64,000 nucleotides of DNA from Myxococcales bacterium (GTDB taxonomy: Bacteria > Myxococcota > UBA727 > VGSZ01). Below the pieces are notes generated by a model that saw only the letters and a list, made by a program, of their open reading frames with translations, was not told the DNA's origin and ran no database searches. Shown here one piece after another: positions 39,368 to 48,718 of the stretch; positions within the stretch are counted from its first letter, which is position 1; each line of letters opens with the position of its first letter. Position numbers and translations under genes: made by a program. The stretch is taken from NCBI GenBank assembly GCA_023248635.1, contig JAHFED010000015.1, positions 25,177 to 89,176 on the forward strand, written 5' to 3'.

Positions 39368-40852
39368 TCAGGGCCCGACGCCTGCCAAGACGACGACGTA
39401 GAAGACGCCTTCTTCGGGGTGCAGGGCCAGGCCGACGCCCAGGGCCGTCGTGTCGATGTCGACCAGGGGTTCGAAGGGGCCCAGCAGCAGGGGATCGTCG
39501 ATGCGGGCCACCAGGGGCAACACCTTGGTGAGGGAGGCGTCGGCTTCGAGGGCGACTTCGCCGATGGGCCCCCCCAGCAGGGTGTCGTCGACGCGCCGAA
39601 TCTCCATCATGCGGCGGGCGAGACGCCGCGCGGCCTCTTGCAGGGTGTCAGAGACCACCAAGGGCGCAAAGCCGCGGCTGGTGCGCAGGGCGTTGGCGTC
39701 GTCGAGCAGCTTTTTCTGCAGCGTGGCGACGTCGCGGGTGGGCGGACGACGTCCCAGCAAGGTGACCAGGGTGATGGTGGGACGACCCAGCGCGTCCTGG
39801 CCGCGGACGACGGCGACGCCCATGTGGGTGACGCCCAGGGACACCAGCTCGAAGCGGTGGGCGGGGCTGTCGGTGAGCGCGCTCCAGGCGTCTTGGAGCG
39901 TGCTGCCGCGGGCCTGCACCTCGCCGAGCCGGATGAAGAGAGCGCGGGGATCGCCGGGGAAGCGCTCATCCAGCAGTTCGCGCGGGCTCTTGCCGTCGAC
40001 GCGGTGGCCCAGGACCCCTCCGAGGCTGCGGGCCCTCTCCGTGGCGGCATCGGTGAGCACCGGTGAGATCTTCAGCGTCTCGAGCAGCTGCTCGTTGCGC
40101 AGGCGTTGCACCAGCGCCTCGGCACGGTGGGACAAAGCGAGGTCATCGTGGCCGGCGTCGGGGAAGAGCACCGCCGGACTCGGGGGCAGGGTCGGTGTGC
40201 CGCGCACATAGGGCCACAGCAGGGCGACTTCGGGGTTGCCGCGCGGTGTGCCATCGCCGCCCACTTCGTCGACGATGACCTCGACGACGTGGCGGCCGAC
40301 TTTGCGCAGGGGCAGGCGGCGGGCCTCGCTTCCTTGCAAGACCCATCGATCGACGAAGCCATCGGGCGAGAGCACGAAGAGCTGAGCGACCCGCGACGCC
40401 GGCACCGTCAAAGCGATGGCCGGCGGCTCTTGTCCAGGACCCGACCACGCCGGCGGCAGCTGGGTGACGCTGATGACGCGCCGCGAGGCCACCACCGCCA
40501 CGCAGGGCCTACCCCCGGGGTGTTCAGCGACGACGAAGCCGACGTGCGAGAGGCCCGCACCCCCAAACAGGGCCGAGACCTGTCGGGCGGCGTCGTCGGG
40601 GGAGGAGGCCAGCACGCCCAACACGCGTCCATCGAAGACGCGGGCGGCGGCGCGTACGTCGTCGTCGATGACAGCATCGGTGTCCCGGGCACACAAGAGC
40701 GCAGCCGCTTCGTCGAGGGCGGGGTCTCGCACCAGCTCGGCGGGGATCCAGGGCGGCAACTCCGCCGACGTCGCCAGCTCCGGCGCCGTCACGCACGACG
40801 AGAGCCCGAGCAGGAGCAGGAAACGTCGCACCAGCCGCAGCATCGGGGCTGC
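39368..40852 (-). CDS. CAP (SCP-like) domain lipoprotein
   Basis: LSSC lipobox; DSPAHRFEL..THMGVAV; a second CAP-like domain ending LGVGLA..FYVVVL. Confidence 0.7.
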   Translation of the reverse strand, partial: AAPMLRLVRRFLLLLGLSSCVTAPELATSAELPPWIPAELVRDPALDEAAALLCARDTDAVIDDDVRAAARVFDGRVLGVLASSPDDAARQVSALFGGAGLSHVGFVVAEHPGGRPCVAVVASRRVISVTQLPPAWSGPGQEPPAIALTVPASRVAQLFVLSPDGFVDRWVLQGSEARRLPLRKVGRHVVEVIVDEVGGDGTPRGNPEVALLWPYVRGTPTLPPSPAVLFPDAGHDDLALSHRAEALVQRLRNEQLLETLKISPVLTDAATERARSLGGVLGHRVDGKSPRELLDERFPGDPRALFIRLGEVQARGSTLQDAWSALTDSPAHRFELVSLGVTHMGVAVVRGQDALGRPTITLVTLLGRRPPTRDVATLQKKLLDDANALRTSRGFAPLVVSDTLQEAARRLARRMMEIRRVDDTLLGGPIGEVALEADASLTKVLPLVARIDDPLLLGPFEPLVDIDTTALGVGLALHPEEGVFYVVVLAGVGP

Positions 40853-40942
40853 CATCGAGCAACGCAAGAATGCTCAGCGCACGACGAGAGCATTGGGAAA
40901 CCCAGCCCAGACGTCGACGTCGGTGTTCCTCCAGCGCTGCGG

Positions 40943-41593
40943 TCACCGCACCGTCAACGAAGGCAGCAAGCGCGGACCGCCGAGGTCGTCGACCAGGCGC
41001 GCGAGGGTGCGAGCTTCGGCCAGCAGCGCACCCACCTGCCGCAAGCGCACGGCCTCGGCAGAGGGGTTGCCATAGCCGCCGACGACGTCGTCGACGATGC
41101 GCAGCTCCGCCTCGACCTTGGCCATCAGCGCCTCGAAACGGGCGACGCCATCGGCGACGACGGCAGCCTTGTGGGCCGGGGAGCTTTCTGCTTCTTCGCG
41201 GGCTTCGATGAAGGCCACCAACAGGGCCTGGCGCAGGGGAGGCTCGGGGACACCCGCCGTCGTCAGCAGCAGGGCGGCGCGATCAAAGGGGATGCGCACA
41301 AGGCGCCAGGCGTCGTTCAAGGCGGCCGTCTGCTCGACGGCGAAACGTCTTTCGGCGTCGCTCTTGCGCACCGCGCGATCGGGATGCACCACGCGCGTGC
41401 GCTGCAACCACGAGGCCTCGAGGGCTTTTTCGTCGACGACAAAGCGGGGACGATCGAGACCCAACCGGACAAAGGACGACGCTGAGGGGTGGGGTGGCAC
41501 CAGGGCCTTGCAGGAGGGACAAGTCAGCGGCGCCAGGGCGGCGTCGAAGGGAGCCCCGCAGGACCGGCACAGGAGCTCGAGGGACGCGCTCAC
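40943..41593 (-). CDS. hscB: HscB-like J-domain co-chaperone with N-terminal CxxC..CxxC
   Basis: CRSC..CPSC, VHPDR, ALNDAW..P.DRA.LLL; GTG 41593. Confidence 0.8.
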   Translation of the reverse strand: MSASLELLCRSCGAPFDAALAPLTCPSCKALVPPHPSASSFVRLGLDRPRFVVDEKALEASWLQRTRVVHPDRAVRKSDAERRFAVEQTAALNDAWRLVRIPFDRAALLLTTAGVPEPPLRQALLVAFIEAREEAESSPAHKAAVVADGVARFEALMAKVEAELRIVDDVVGGYGNPSAEAVRLRQVGALLAEARTLARLVDDLGGPRLLPSLTVR

Positions 41594-42054
41594 GCCGTAT
41601 CGGGTTCGCGCACGGCCGACAGCAAGGCGTCGATCTTCTGTTCCTCGGGTTTCCACGGGGCCAAGAAGCGCGCTTTGCGTTCGGCGCGGGTGAGGATCAA
41701 AACCGCGGCGCTCGTCGACAAACCCTGCCGGCGGGCCTCCTTCAAAAAGAGGCGGCGCACCGAGAGGCTGCCGATGGCGAACACCGGCATCCCGACCGTC
41801 GCCGCCAGCACCCCATAGATGAGGACCGCATACAGGCCACGCACGTCGAGCAGACCGAAGATGGCGACGCCGGCGGCGCAGCAGGCCAGGGCCACTAGGT
41901 TGCGCAGGCGTCGCAACATCACGAGCTGCTGCAGCAGGCCGGCCACGGTGTCGTCGTCGACCTCGCGCACGCGGCGGTGCCAAGGCTCCACGAACTGATC
42001 CTGCGACTGCGGGGCGAAGGGTGTGGCTTCCAGGAGCGCGTGCTCGTCGGACAT
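41590..42054 (-). CDS. Hypothetical two-TM membrane protein
   Basis: ATG 42054, two hydrophobic helices, GTGA overlap with hscB. Confidence 0.6.
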   Translation of the reverse strand: MSDEHALLEATPFAPQSQDQFVEPWHRRVREVDDDTVAGLLQQLVMLRRLRNLVALACCAAGVAIFGLLDVRGLYAVLIYGVLAATVGMPVFAIGSLSVRRLFLKEARRQGLSTSAAVLILTRAERKARFLAPWKPEEQKIDALLSAVREPDTA

Positions 42055-42103
42055 GACGCAGCCTACCTCGCTCTCGCCGACGACGTCGTGCCACACTGGC
42101 TGC

Positions 42104-43078
42104 GTGCGGATCCATCCGGGCGGATTTCGACTGGTGCTCGCGGGGCCGAGGGTGTCGAGGTTGCTGCCCTTTCTGCAGGAGAAGGGCTTCGTCGGCGATG
42201 CCTTCGCCAACGGCAAGCAGGCCCTCGAGCACCTGCGAGGCTCGCCCTGCCACGTGCTGTGCATCGAGATCGAGGTCGGCGACATGATGGGCGTCGACCT
42301 GGCCCGCATCGGCAAAGACGAAGGTCTCGTCGGCGCCACCTTGCTCCTGGAAGATCCGATCAAGTCGGGCATGGTGATTTCGGCGTTGGCGCGCGGCATC
42401 GAGGCCTTCGTGCCGGTCCCGCCCGACGAAAAGCTGCTGCTCGACCGGCTCGAGGCCCTGCTGCTGGCCCAATGGGGGCTCGTCGTCAGCCAGCAGCAAG
42501 AGCAGCAGACGCAGGAGCTGGCGCGCGCCCGTCTCGAGCTCGATCAGGCGGGAAAAAAAGCCCAGCAGGCAGAGGAGGTCTTTCGAGAGCTCACCCAGAG
42601 CGCCAGCCGAGACCTCGCCGACGAACGGCGCAAAGTTGCAGAGTTGGAGAGTGAGATCGCGTCGTTGCGCGACCAGCTGGCGACCATGCACCTGCTGGTG
42701 GGGGCAAAGACCGGCAACACCGACGAAGGCCTCTCAACCCGCTCTGGCGAAGGGAGGAGGGTCAGCGGCAGCAACATCCCCGCAGGCGACTTCGACGACG
42801 AGATCACGCTGAAACGGCAGGCCGTGGTGCGAAACGAGCCCACCACCCGGCCCCAGCAGGCTCTCCCCGACGTCGACGACGCGCCGACGCCTCACCTTCC
42901 TCGGGCAGCGGCCCGTCCGGTGAAAAAAGATGGCAGCCCCGGCCAGTCCGCGGAAGCACTTCCAAAGGCACGCAAGAGCCCAGCGACGACGGCCAAGCTC
43001 GATGTGGGCATGTTGAGAGAGCTGGCCGGCATCCCCAAGTCTGGCGAAGAAGAGATCATCTTCGTCGAGGATGACTGA
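42104..43078 (+). CDS. Pseudo-receiver plus coiled-coil protein
   Basis: REC-like fold (FANGKQAL..DMMGVDL) without the phospho-Asp, then a coiled coil; start uncertain (ATG 42053 would overlap the divergent gene). Confidence 0.6.
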   Translation: MRIHPGGFRLVLAGPRVSRLLPFLQEKGFVGDAFANGKQALEHLRGSPCHVLCIEIEVGDMMGVDLARIGKDEGLVGATLLLEDPIKSGMVISALARGIEAFVPVPPDEKLLLDRLEALLLAQWGLVVSQQQEQQTQELARARLELDQAGKKAQQAEEVFRELTQSASRDLADERRKVAELESEIASLRDQLATMHLLVGAKTGNTDEGLSTRSGEGRRVSGSNIPAGDFDDEITLKRQAVVRNEPTTRPQQALPDVDDAPTPHLPRAAARPVKKDGSPGQSAEALPKARKSPATTAKLDVGMLRELAGIPKSGEEEIIFVEDD

Positions 43079-43086
43079 CAACAGCG

Positions 43087-43342
43087 GAATTCACCGACAG
43101 CGCTTCGCGTGTCGGTGAATTGTCTACACGTTCATCGCCTGGCGGCGATGAATTCACCGACGGCTTCGCGTGTCGGTGAATTGTCTACGGGTTCATCGCC
43201 TGGCGGCGATGAATTCACCGACAGCGCTTCGCGTGTCGGTGAATTGTCTACACGTTCATCGCCTGGCGGCGATGAATTCACCGACGGCGCTTCGCGTGTC
43301 GGTGAATTGTCTACGGGTTCATCGCCTGGCGGCGATGAATTC
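43087..43342 (+). repeat. Tandem array of four REP-like double-hairpin units (63/61/63/63 bp), BIME-like
   Basis: Units start at 43087, 43150, 43211 and 43274, each with GAATTC; variants alternate (CTACACG vs CTACGGG); no unique spacers. Confidence 0.92.
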
Positions 43343-43358
43343 TCATAGCGTCGCAGCC

Positions 43359-44582
43359 ATGGACGTCGTCTTCATCGAGCCCTGCTTTCCCCAAAACCAG
43401 CGGGAGTTCGTGCGCGCGCTGCACGCTGTCGGCGCTCGCGTCAGTGGCATCGGCGAACGTCCCAAGGAGTCCCTCGACGGCGAACTGAGGCACTGGCTCT
43501 CGCACTATGAGCAAATTCGAAACGTCACAGACATCGGCGATGTCGAACGCGCGGTTCGCTTCATCCAATCCAAGGTGAGGGTGCAAAGGCTCGAGGCCGT
43601 CGTCGAGGCCCACGTCATGACCGCGGCCAAAGTACGGGAGCGCTGCGGGATCCCAGGCACCAGCGTGAACTCCACCTGGCTCTGCCGCGACAAGCCGGCC
43701 ATGAAGGACGCCCTGCGCGAGGCTGGCGTCGCCTGCGCCCAATCCATCGGCTCCAGCGACGCCGCCGAAATCCGGGCCTTCGCCGCCCAGGTTGGCTTCC
43801 CCATGATCATCAAGCCCCGCGATGCGGCCGGAGCCTCAGGCACCGTCCGCGTCGACGACGTCGCCAGCTTGGAGCGGGCGCTGGTCGAGTTCGACGTTGT
43901 CAAAGGCAAGAGTGTCGCCGTCGAAGAATTCATCGAGGGACATGAGGGCTTCTACGACACCCTCACCGTCTCCGGCCGCGTCGTCGCCGACTTCGCCACC
44001 CACTATTTTCCCAACGTGCTCGAGGCCATGCGCACCCGCTGGATCTCGCCGCAGTTCATCACGACCAACCGCCTCGATCACGCCTCGGCCTACGGCGAGG
44101 TCAGGGCCATGGGCCAGCAGGTGATCAGCGCGCTGGGCATCGAGACCTCGGCCACGCACATGGAGTGGTTCTTTGGTCCCAAGGGGCTCAAGTTCAGCGA
44201 GATCGGCTGCCGGCCTCCCGGCGTGCGCACCTGGGACCTCTACTGCGCCGCCAACGACGTCGACGTCTACCAGGAATGGGCGATGGCGGTGGTGCACGGC
44301 AAGCGCGGCCAGGCTCTGTCGCGCCGCTTTTCGGCGGGCATGATCGCGCTGCGGCCCGAATGCGACGGCACCATCGTCGGCTACGAGGGCGTCGACGAGG
44401 TGCACCGGCGCTTCGGCGAGTGGTTCATCGACGAGCACCTGCCCCCCCGCGGACACCCGACCCAGCCCGTCGACGCCGGCTTCATGGCCAACGCCTGGAT
44501 GAGGCTCAAACACCCCGACTACGACACGCTGCGCGGCATGCTCGATGTGATCGGCCAGACCGTGAAGGTGCGCGCGCGCTGA
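43359..44582 (+). CDS. ATP-grasp ligase
   Basis: RDKPAMK, GFPMIIKP..GASGT, VEEFIEG.E, HMEWF, FSEIGCRPPG. Confidence 0.88.
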   Translation: MDVVFIEPCFPQNQREFVRALHAVGARVSGIGERPKESLDGELRHWLSHYEQIRNVTDIGDVERAVRFIQSKVRVQRLEAVVEAHVMTAAKVRERCGIPGTSVNSTWLCRDKPAMKDALREAGVACAQSIGSSDAAEIRAFAAQVGFPMIIKPRDAAGASGTVRVDDVASLERALVEFDVVKGKSVAVEEFIEGHEGFYDTLTVSGRVVADFATHYFPNVLEAMRTRWISPQFITTNRLDHASAYGEVRAMGQQVISALGIETSATHMEWFFGPKGLKFSEIGCRPPGVRTWDLYCAANDVDVYQEWAMAVVHGKRGQALSRRFSAGMIALRPECDGTIVGYEGVDEVHRRFGEWFIDEHLPPRGHPTQPVDAGFMANAWMRLKHPDYDTLRGMLDVIGQTVKVRAR

Positions 44583-44592
44583 GCGACGTGTA

Positions 44593-45666
44593 TTGACCCT
44601 TGCTGTGAGCACCGTGCCGGAAGAACAGAGCCAGCCCCCCCAAGCAGCGAGGCCGTCGGCGGCGGCGAACAACACCTCGCGCACCGCCGTGCTCTTGGGA
44701 GCCCAGCGCTTCAACCCCACCCTCGGCAGCGTCGTCGCCTCCCTCGGCCTGCAGGGACGGGTCGCGCTCATCACCGCGGGTTGGCAGGAACGGGAGCGCG
44801 AAGACGACGAGCTCTCGACCCACCTCGGCAGCAACACCATCAACCTGGGCCTGCATGCTCGCGGCGGCGCCGTGTTCCACGAGGACAAGGAGCTGGCCGT
44901 TGCCCACCGCGAACGCCAGGACTTGCTGCGGCATCTGCAAGAAATCTATCGCATTCGGCTCGAGGCCGCCTTCGAGGCCGAGCGCGACGTTCGTGCCTAC
45001 GACACGCCACCGGCCCTTCGTGACGAGGTGGCAGAGGCGTCGATCGAGGCCATCCGCGGCCTCGACGCCTGGCACCTCGATCAGTGCGCCCGCGTGCGCG
45101 CCGACTTCGAAGGGCGCTTTCATGTCGCCCAGCGGCCGGCGGTCGCTCGCCAGCGCGAGGAGCTGCGAAAGCTCCTGCAGGACTGCAGCGCCGTCGCCAT
45201 CGCCGGCGGCCACGTCGCCGTCCTTGTCAACCGCTTGGTGCTCTTTGGCCTCGACGAGCTCATCGGCGATCGGCCGATCTTCGCCTGGTCGGCGGGGGCC
45301 ATGGCCGTGAGCGATCGCATCGTGCTCTTTCACGACGATCCGCCTCAGGGACGCATTGCTCGTCAGGTGCTCGACGTCGGCCTGGGCTTCGTCCCAAAGA
45401 CCGTGGTGCTGCCCGAGCCGGAGCGGCGGCTCCACCTCGAGGCCCAGGATCGCATCTCGCTGGTGGCGCGCCGTTTTGCGCCGGCGACCTGCCTGGCCTT
45501 TCCGGCTTGCTCCTACGTCGTCTGGCGAGCTGGTCACATCGAGCGCGCCGAAGGGGTCATCGAGCTCAGCGCTGGCGGCGAGCACCGGCCCTTTCTCCCC
45601 GAGGAGCACGATCGCCGGGCCCGGCCCGATCGACGCGCGAGCAGCCGCGACCGGCGGGCCCGATGA
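44593..45666 (+). CDS. Peptidase S51 / class I glutamine amidotransferase-like hydrolase
   Basis: LITAGW, IAGGHV..L, WSAGAMA nucleophile elbow, GLGFVP..VLP. Confidence 0.7.
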   Translation: MTLAVSTVPEEQSQPPQAARPSAAANNTSRTAVLLGAQRFNPTLGSVVASLGLQGRVALITAGWQEREREDDELSTHLGSNTINLGLHARGGAVFHEDKELAVAHRERQDLLRHLQEIYRIRLEAAFEAERDVRAYDTPPALRDEVAEASIEAIRGLDAWHLDQCARVRADFEGRFHVAQRPAVARQREELRKLLQDCSAVAIAGGHVAVLVNRLVLFGLDELIGDRPIFAWSAGAMAVSDRIVLFHDDPPQGRIARQVLDVGLGFVPKTVVLPEPERRLHLEAQDRISLVARRFAPATCLAFPACSYVVWRAGHIERAEGVIELSAGGEHRPFLPEEHDRRARPDRRASSRDRRAR

Positions 45667-45754
45667 TGCTCTCCGCGCCACAGACCTGGCTCAGGGGATC
45701 GTTCAACGACGTTGAGACAAAGATCGGGACCATCGGGACGATGGCGAGGCCACG

Positions 45755-46906
45755 ATGGTGACCCCTCCCACCACCACCGCCGTCGAAGAGCTCATCGAGG
45801 CTTGGTCCGATCCGGCCAAGGTGCGGGGCTTCCTGTCGACGCACAAGTTCCCGCTGGTGCACGGCTCGCTGGTCACCTTCGTCTGGCTCGGTCACGCCGA
45901 CGGCGTCAGCCTCCGCCATTGGGTCTACGGCCTCGAGTCGTCGACGACGCTGACGCGGGCGCCCAACACCGACATCTGGCACCTCACCCTCGAGATCCCG
46001 TCGAACTCGCGCGTCGAATACAAATTCGAGCTCCACCGCGGCGGCCACAACGAGTGGATCGAAGACCCCCTCAACCCCGCCCGGGCCCGCGACCCCTTCG
46101 GCGCCAACTCGGTGCTGCAAGGCGAGGGCTACGTCATCCCCGAGTGGACCAACCCCGACGCCGTCACCCGCCGCGGCACCCTCGAGCCCCTCATCGTCGA
46201 CAGCAAAGCCCTGGGCAACCGTCGCTTCGGCCATCTCTATCTGCCGGCCCGCTTTCGCCGTTCGCGTCAATATCCTCTGTTGGTGGTGCACGACGGCGAC
46301 GACTACATTCGCTATGCCAACATGGTCACGGTGTTGGACAATCTCATTCACCGCCTCGAGATTCCGGACTTGATTGTAGCGTTTACGGGTTCGCCGGATC
46401 GCCTGCGCGAATACGCCGACAACGAGGCCCACGCCCGCTTTGTCACCGAAGAGATGCTGCCCCAGATCGCCTCGCGCTTTCCCCTCGTCGACCAGCCTCA
46501 AGGCCGCTGCTTGATGGGAGCCAGCTTCGGCGCCGTCGCCGCTTTTTCCACCGCCTGCCGCTACCCGAGCGTGTGGGGACGCCTGCTGCTGCAATCGGGG
46601 AGCTTCGCGTTCACAGACATCGGCCGCCGCAACCGCCGCGGACCCCTCTTTGACCGCGTCGTCGAATTCGTGAACGCCTACCGCGCCGAGCCCAAGGCCA
46701 TCAGCCAGCGCGTGTTCATCAGCTGCGGCGTCTACGAGTCCTTGATCTACGAGAACCGCTCGCTGGCTCCCTTGCTCGACGCCACCGGCATGCAGGTGCG
46801 CTTCGTCGAAGCCAGAGACGGCCACAATTGGCAGAATTGGCGCGACCGCCTGCGCGAAGGCCTGTCCTGGCTCTTCCCTGGCCCGCTGCTCTTCGTTTAT
46901 GAATAA
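45755..46906 (+). CDS. Fes-like alpha/beta esterase with N-terminal Ig/E-set domain
   Basis: W.LTLEIP..RVEYK..DPLNP; YPLLVVHDG; MGASFGA; DGHNWQNWR. Confidence 0.85.
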   Translation: MVTPPTTTAVEELIEAWSDPAKVRGFLSTHKFPLVHGSLVTFVWLGHADGVSLRHWVYGLESSTTLTRAPNTDIWHLTLEIPSNSRVEYKFELHRGGHNEWIEDPLNPARARDPFGANSVLQGEGYVIPEWTNPDAVTRRGTLEPLIVDSKALGNRRFGHLYLPARFRRSRQYPLLVVHDGDDYIRYANMVTVLDNLIHRLEIPDLIVAFTGSPDRLREYADNEAHARFVTEEMLPQIASRFPLVDQPQGRCLMGASFGAVAAFSTACRYPSVWGRLLLQSGSFAFTDIGRRNRRGPLFDRVVEFVNAYRAEPKAISQRVFISCGVYESLIYENRSLAPLLDATGMQVRFVEARDGHNWQNWRDRLREGLSWLFPGPLLFVYE

Positions 46907-46941
46907 GTGCGCTTGGGCGATTGCCGGCGCCGAGGTCCACC

Positions 46942-48198
46942 ATGGCTGAGGTCACGCGACGCATCGGGCTCTCCTTGGGCGCCGACATCTGCTGGCCCGC
47001 CTGCTTCGAGCACATGCTCAGAGAGCTCGATCTCAAGATCCCCGTCGACGGCGACACCGTGCGCTTCGAGTGCGAGCGGGTCACCATCGAGCCCTTCGAC
47101 CTGCAGCAACCCTGCAAATACGACGTCGTCATCGATCGATTGACCCACTGGTATCACACCAGCCGTGAGTGGATCAAAAAGTCCATCATCATGGACGACC
47201 TTTATGTATTCAACAACCCCTGGAGCGTGCAGTCCAACGAGAAGCACACCAGCTACTGCGCGATGATGCACCTGGGCATGCCCATCCCCACGACGTGGAT
47301 GATCCCCCCGCGCAGCTACGAAAAAGAGCTCCCCGACGTCAAAGTCACACTCAACAAATACGCGCGCCTCTTCGACCTCGGCAAGCTCGGCGACAAGGTC
47401 GGCTGGCCCCTGTACCTCAAGCCCTACGACGGCGGCGGCTGGCGCGCGGTCACCCGCGTCTCTGACGTCAAAGCCGCCTGGAAGGCCTACGACGACAGCG
47501 GCAAGGCGGTCATGCACGCCCAGGCCTCCGTCGAGGGCTTTGACCGCTTCGTGCGCTGCATCGGCTTTGGACCCCAGACCAAGTGCGTGCTCTACGACCC
47601 CTCGGCCCCCCTGCACGACCGCTACACCCTGCAGACCAACTTCATCTCCGACGCCGACGCCGAACACCTGCGCAAGGTCACGGTCACCATCAACGCCTTC
47701 TTCGGCTGGGACTTCAACTCCTGCGAAGCCCTGCGCAAGCCCTCTGCTGGCGGCGCCGGCGGCGTCTGGCATCCCATCGACTTCGCGAACCCCTGCCCCG
47801 ACTCGCAGGTGACCTCGCTGCACGGCCATTTTCCCTGGCTGGTGAAGGCCTACCTGCGCTGGGCCCTCTTTTGCGCCGCCACCAAAAGAAAGATGCGCCG
47901 CACCCTGGACTGGCAGCCCTTCTACGACGTCGCCGCCCTCGATCTCTCCTACGAAGAAAAACTCGATCGCTACGCCGCCATCGCCGACGAGCGCATGGGC
48001 CGCGCGCAATTTGAAGAGTTCTGCGCCAGGCACCTGAGCCACCTCGACGACGTCGCCTTCGCCTTCTTCGGCACCCAAGAGGCCAAAGACGCCGTGCGCC
48101 AGAAGACCGCGGCTTTGTTTCCGGCTCATGAGGTCGAAAAGTTCACCGAGCTCTTCTGGCAGCGCATTCAAGCCTGGCGGGCGGCCGGCGTCCCGTGA
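46942..48198 (+). CDS. Second ATP-grasp ligase (RimK-like)
   Basis: VIDRLTHW, FNNPW, GWPLYLKPYDGGGW, DFNSCE, IDFANPCPD. Confidence 0.82.
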   Translation: MAEVTRRIGLSLGADICWPACFEHMLRELDLKIPVDGDTVRFECERVTIEPFDLQQPCKYDVVIDRLTHWYHTSREWIKKSIIMDDLYVFNNPWSVQSNEKHTSYCAMMHLGMPIPTTWMIPPRSYEKELPDVKVTLNKYARLFDLGKLGDKVGWPLYLKPYDGGGWRAVTRVSDVKAAWKAYDDSGKAVMHAQASVEGFDRFVRCIGFGPQTKCVLYDPSAPLHDRYTLQTNFISDADAEHLRKVTVTINAFFGWDFNSCEALRKPSAGGAGGVWHPIDFANPCPDSQVTSLHGHFPWLVKAYLRWALFCAATKRKMRRTLDWQPFYDVAALDLSYEEKLDRYAAIADERMGRAQFEEFCARHLSHLDDVAFAFFGTQEAKDAVRQKTAALFPAHEVEKFTELFWQRIQAWRAAGVP

Positions 48199-48659
48199 GC
48201 GAGTTTTGGTTCGGCTCGCTTTATGAGGAGATGAGAGAACCACAGGGCGATCTTTTTGACGACGTTCTCGCTCCTCGCCTCGATGACGCCCATCGGGCAC
48301 TTCAGGAGATGGACTATGTCTTTCGAGATGAAGGGGCGTTGCTCCTCGATAAAGACGTCGAAAATGAGCGCGATTTATACGCTTTCTCTCGAGTTGCCGA
48401 TCAGTTGATCTCACGGGTCGCTTCCAAAGAAGAGCGGGTTCGATGGCTGATGGATGATGAGGTGTTGCACTTGATTGGTGACAACAAAATCCTTGATAAA
48501 AACCACTTTGAACGCCTCGATTTGGGCGATCTCACCCACGCCGATCGGGTGGAGCTGCTCCGTCATCGCTGTTTCGTCACCGGTCGTCACGACGTAGGGC
48601 GTGAGCATCCCGACCGCTCCACGGACTTTCGCTACGAGGAACCGAATTCGACGGCGTAG
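48195..48659 (+). CDS. Hypothetical protein, lower GC
   Basis: GTGA overlap with the upstream ligase; atypical codon usage. Confidence 0.5.
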   Translation: MSEFWFGSLYEEMREPQGDLFDDVLAPRLDDAHRALQEMDYVFRDEGALLLDKDVENERDLYAFSRVADQLISRVASKEERVRWLMDDEVLHLIGDNKILDKNHFERLDLGDLTHADRVELLRHRCFVTGRHDVGREHPDRSTDFRYEEPNSTA

Positions 48660-48718
48660 CCCTCGGCGCTTGAATGCTCTCGTGCGAGCGTGCTGGCGTT
48701 CCCGTCATTGGAGGCCCC

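Noticed and set aside
43087-43342. CRISPR array
   Set aside because: Units abut with no unique spacers, single copies are dispersed elsewhere, and there are no cas genes in the window.
43109-43358. ORFs and N-terminal extension with MNSPTALRVSVNCL repeats
   Set aside because: These are translations of the DNA repeat; the ATP-grasp fold starts at ATG 43359.
45755-46906. Enterobactin esterase / siderophore locus
   Set aside because: No TonB-dependent receptor, NRPS or iron transporter nearby; the context is ligases and hydrolases.
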